NCBI GenBank assembly: GCA_950097015.1
Contig: CATNEN010000038.1
Coordinates: forward strand, 8,122,001-8,186,000
Length of the DNA: 64,000 nucleotides
Direction of reading: 5' to 3'
Source: Macrostomum hystrix
Lineage: Eukaryota > Animalia > Platyhelminthes
In this document: positions 59,872-64,000 of the stretch, in pieces
Layout: every line of letters starts with the position of its first letter
Position numbering within the stretch: the first letter of the stretch is position 1
Made by a program: the position numbers and the translations under genes
Notes under the pieces: generated by a model
Seen by the model: only the letters and a program-made list of their open reading frames with translations
Database searches by the model: none
Told to the model about the DNA's origin: nothing

Positions 59872-61266
59872 ATGGACAACATCGTGAGCATACCTGTCAA
59901 CTTGTTCACCTATTCACGCTTTATCGAGTCCAAACAGCTGCTGAGCCTCCAGAATGCCAGCGATGACGACTTCCTGCTGCTGCTTCTTGACCACGTGGGC
60001 AACTGCGAGCTGCATTCCAACGGGGCCGGCGCGCCCAGCTCCGTGTCTGCTCCGCCACTGTCCGCTCTAGATCACTTCGGCGGCAGCAGCCAGCAGCAGC
60101 AGGACTCGAGCGCTTCAGGTCAGCATCAGCACCAGCATCAGCCGCCACAGCAGCAGCACGAGCAGCAGCCTTCTCAGCAGCTGCCAAAGTCTACATCTTC
60201 GGTGAAGTCCGACCAGGACTATCAGCGCCCGATGATAAATCCGTTCTCGGACCCCGGCGGCGCCGTCCTGACACCTAGCCCGCCATCCAGGCCCACCCTG
60301 GCCTGCCAGATCTGCGGCTACGCCTGCTCGGACGAGAAAGATTTCAATTTGCACCTGACAAATCACATTAGCCAGTTCAGCCACATCATGTACCAGCAGA
60401 TCCAGTGCGATCGCTGCGGCTTGAAATGCCTCTCCCAGGAGCTGCTCCAGCAGCACATGGCCGAGGCGCACGGCAGTCCGCCAAGCCATGGCAGCGCCTG
60501 CAGCGGCAGCGGAGCCAGCAACAATGGCCACGGCGGCGGAGGCGGCAACGGAGGCAGCGTCGAACGGCGCTTCCAGTGCGAATTCTGCGGTGCCAGGTTC
60601 AAGCAGCAGCGAATCCTGCGGCAACACCTCGACGGTATGCACGCCGCCGCCGTAGCCGCAGCCGCAGCCGCCGCGGCCCCTAATTCGACCGCCGGAACAG
60701 GCAGGTCGTCGGAGTCCCACACGCCGCCCCAGCTGGGCGCCGCTGACTTAGGCCAAGTGCAGCAACAGCAGCAGCCGTCTGCATCGCCAGCCTCAGGCGG
60801 CAGTGCCGGGGTGGCCGCCGTTGCAGCCGCTGCTGCCGCCGCCGCAGCCGCAGCCGCTGCCGGCGATCTGTCGCCACTTCATCGCTGTCAAAAGTGTGAC
60901 ACTCTGTTTGTCAGTGTTTCCGGTCTAAACGACCACGTCTGCCCTCAGCATCATCAGCAGCACCATCTCCAGCACCCTGGCCAGCTTCACCAGCACCACC
61001 ATCAGCAGCATCACCAATCTTCCACTGTGCAGCACCATCCACAGCCGCCACACCTGCACCAACATCAGCACCAGCAGCATCACCAGCACATGCAGCCGCC
61101 CCACCATCACCAGCAGCAGCAGCAGCAGCAGCAGCACCTTCATCAGCCGCAGCACCATATGATGGCTGGAGGCGGTCAGGGTATTGACCAGCAGCATCAT
61201 CATCAGCACCAGCAGCATCATCAGCAGGCTCACCAGCAGCAGCACCAGCCACACCAGCAGCAACAA

Positions 61267-61297
<31 letters not shown>

Positions 61298-62175
61298 TGA
61301 AGCAGCACGCCTGCCAGGAGTGCGGCAAACTATTCCGCACCAAGACCCTGCTGGATCAGCACATGCACCTGCACCGGCCGCCGGCCTACCAGTGCCGCTA
61401 CTGCCAGAGAAAGTTCCGCTGGCCGCCAGTCTATTATCAGCACCAGCGCCAGTGCAAGCTCAATCCGAATCCGGAGGCCCGGCGAGCCTCCGGAGAGAGT
61501 GGCGGCGGCGCCGGTAGACGCCGCAACAGTCACGCGGGTAGCAACGGCGGCAGCGGGATCAATGGTCAGCAGCAGCAGCACATACATGGCAGCTTGCATC
61601 ATCAGCATCAGCAGCACCAGATGCCGCCATTGTTGCTAGATAGCAGCGGAGAGAACAGTCAGTCTTCCGCCTTGATGGCTGCCGCCGCGGCCGCCGCCGC
61701 AGCTGCTGCTGCCGCCACATCGTCGGCCTCAATGAATCATCACCTGCCGCCGCCGCTGCCGCCCCCGCTGCCTCAGCAGCAGCAGCAGCAGCCGCCCTCA
61801 ATGGGCAGCGGCTACGTGTGCCCGCAGTGCAACAACTCGTACAGTTCCAAGCTGTCACTCAAGCAGCACATCGAGGGCATGCACAGCCTTGAGGGTCGCT
61901 ATGAGTGCGAGGGCTGCAAGAAGCGCTTTAGGTGGGGCGCCTCCTACTACTGCCACAAGAAGACCTGCGGCTCATACCGGGCCTTGCAGTCGGACAGCAT
62001 CCAGCAGCAGCAGCAGCAGTTGCATAGGCAGCCGCAGCAGCAGCTCATGTCTCCAATTCAACAGCAGCAGGAGTCGCCGCAGTCGCAGGGTTTGCCGCAG
62101 CTGCCGCCGCCGCCTCCGCCGCCTGTGTCAGCTGAAGCTTCGCCCTACGAGGCGCAGCAGGCAGCGGAGGCCTGA
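59872..62175 (+). CDS. Zinc-finger transcription factor, 8 fingers (5 C2H2, 3 C2HC), with poly-Q/H/A/P tracts
   Basis: Single 767-aa ORF after acceptor attccag (59775) and an in-frame upstream stop; CxxC..H..H/C fingers. Confidence 0.9.
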
Positions 62176-63293
62176 ACAGAGTCTGAGACAGAAGTTATTT
62201 TGTGTAATTGCTTCTGCTCTCATGCTGTTTTAGAAAACCTTTTGAGTTGATATAGTTATTTAGTGTTCAGAGACTATAAAAAATTAAAAGTTGTTTTTTT
62301 TAATGAAATTAACTTTTTATGAAGTGAATTTTTTTGTCGAGAAGCACCAGATTTCCCAGATTGGACCTTTGCTTGAGAGGACTCCTGCGTCTCCTTCCCA
62401 GTGTTCTTATTTCTGCTTGTCTCTATGCGACCTGTGCAACTAACCCTTGTTAATTACTGTATATTTTAGTTGGTTTTTTTCTCATTTGTTTTACTTTAAT
62501 CAGTTACTATTTTTTAGATATTGTTTTGTAGCCTGTGTCCATCTCTCACATTTTAACAGTTGATATACTCGTCATTTACTGATTGTTGCTGCTAAAACTT
62601 TGATCAGGTTTGTATGCAGCTGCCTGAATGCAATATTTTATCATTGATAATTAAGCTATGCAAATCAAACTATAGCCAGTCAGCGGCACCCTTCTCATGT
62701 TGGCATTTTTATATTTGAAGAACTGCTTGAAGGTAATATATTGTTGCTGAATACAGCTTAGCTTGTGTCTGTAAACATGTGTCTGTAATGTTCTGTAATC
62801 TGTTTGTTTTGCTCAGCTTTAAACATTTTTTTAATAAGATTCTAACCTCCCTGCTACCTCCCTATTTGAATTTGATCTCGATAACTTCTCTCTATAGACT
62901 ATTGGCAGCCGTTGGTTTAATTATCCCTAACAATGCTTCAACATCCTCTAAGCATAAGCTGGCTGATATATATATATATTTCTATATATTTATTTAGTTT
63001 TCAGTTTCATATAAGTTTTAGTGTTCTATAATTTTGCATTCTCCGCTGTTGTATGCAATAGTAATGAAATAACTGATTGCATTGTAGAGAACCCGACTGA
63101 ATATTAGCATGCTTTGCATCAGCTTAGATACCTGCCTGTGTGTACTTGTATAGCACCTAGTAGATACCTGCTCTGTATAAAGATATTAATTTGCTAATTC
63201 AATTGAATCCTTGTTTACAGATGTACATAAATGTACTTATCACCTGCATATGTATGAATTGCTATTGCTGGGAGAGTAAATCTCAACGATGTG

Positions 63294-63740
63294 TAAGGGG
63301 GAAATCCCGAGATTTAGAAAGTAAATCCCGATGATATTTAAAAGGAAATCCCGAGGACATCTTATGCTAAATCCCAATGATATTTCAAGGGAAATCCCGA
63401 GGATTTTTTAAGGGAAATCCCAATGATGTTTAAAAGGAAATCCCGAGGACATTTTAAAGCTAAATCCCAATGATATTTCAAGGGAAATCCCGAGGATATT
63501 TAAAGGGAAATCCGATTATATTTAAAAGGAAATCCAAAAGATATTTTAAGCTAAATCCCGAGGACGTCTAAAGGGAAACCCAGAGGATATTATAAGGGAA
63601 ATCTCAATAAAATTCAAAGGGAAATCCCAATGATATTAGAAGGAAAATCACGACGGTTATTTTAAGGGAAATCCAAAGAAAAATGGAAAAGGGAAATCCC
63701 AAGGATATCGGAGGGAAAATCCCGGGATATTGGAAGGAAA
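63294..63740. repeat. Degenerate ~21-bp tandem repeat (aagggaaatcccgaggatattt)
   Basis: Recurrent gggaaatccc core. Confidence 0.85.
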
Positions 63741-64000
63741 CTGACCAGAGATCGATAAACGATCAATAACAGACTTTCACCCGGGCAGAGTAAAGAAATT
63801 TTTGAGACTTAACAAACAGAGAGAAAATGCGCATGTTAAAAAATCTAATCTTCCGTGAAGTATCAGGTATGATATTATATTATTTACTATATATAGTTTC
63901 AGCTCGTTTGATATAGTTTCGATGCATTGCACTCACATGTACGCACACTAGCAAGTCAAGTCAGTCCTGTTACTACTTATCCCTAATAACTGTTAAGAAC

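Noticed and set aside
59921-62233. Antisense and alternate-frame ORFs over the ZF gene and other GC-rich exons
   Set aside because: Shadow ORFs caused by GC-rich codon usage and CAG/GCC repeats.

Overview
Eukaryotic (animal) genomic DNA: GC-rich exons with GT-AG introns in AT-rich non-coding DNA. The many intronic minisatellites and tRNA-derived SINEs resemble a Macrostomum-like free-living flatworm (inference). I assembled 11 host gene models by hand from splice sites and reading phases: (1) a small type-I membrane protein, (2) a PAN-like + glycine-rich-domain gene with a frameshift, (3) a 2xFN2 type-I membrane protein, (4) a three-exon secreted Cys-rich prepropeptide missing from the ORF track, (5) a neprilysin-like M13 protein lacking catalytic motifs, (6) ECI2, (7) MFSD5, (8) a Schlafen AlbA_2 protein, (9) a VWDE-like membrane protein, (10) a CAP+ShKT protein and (11) a poly-Q/H C2H2 factor. 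Mobile DNA includes a solo LTR, RTE and Gypsy fragments, two SINE families and several MITEs. The two most notable observations are a ~5.6 kb Crypton-like element in ECI2 intron 2, carrying an intron-containing zinc-finger + tyrosine-recombinase gene between imperfect terminal inverted repeats, and the defensin-like precursor (signal-pro-KR-6Cys-Gly). No database searches were run; family calls come from motif recognition.
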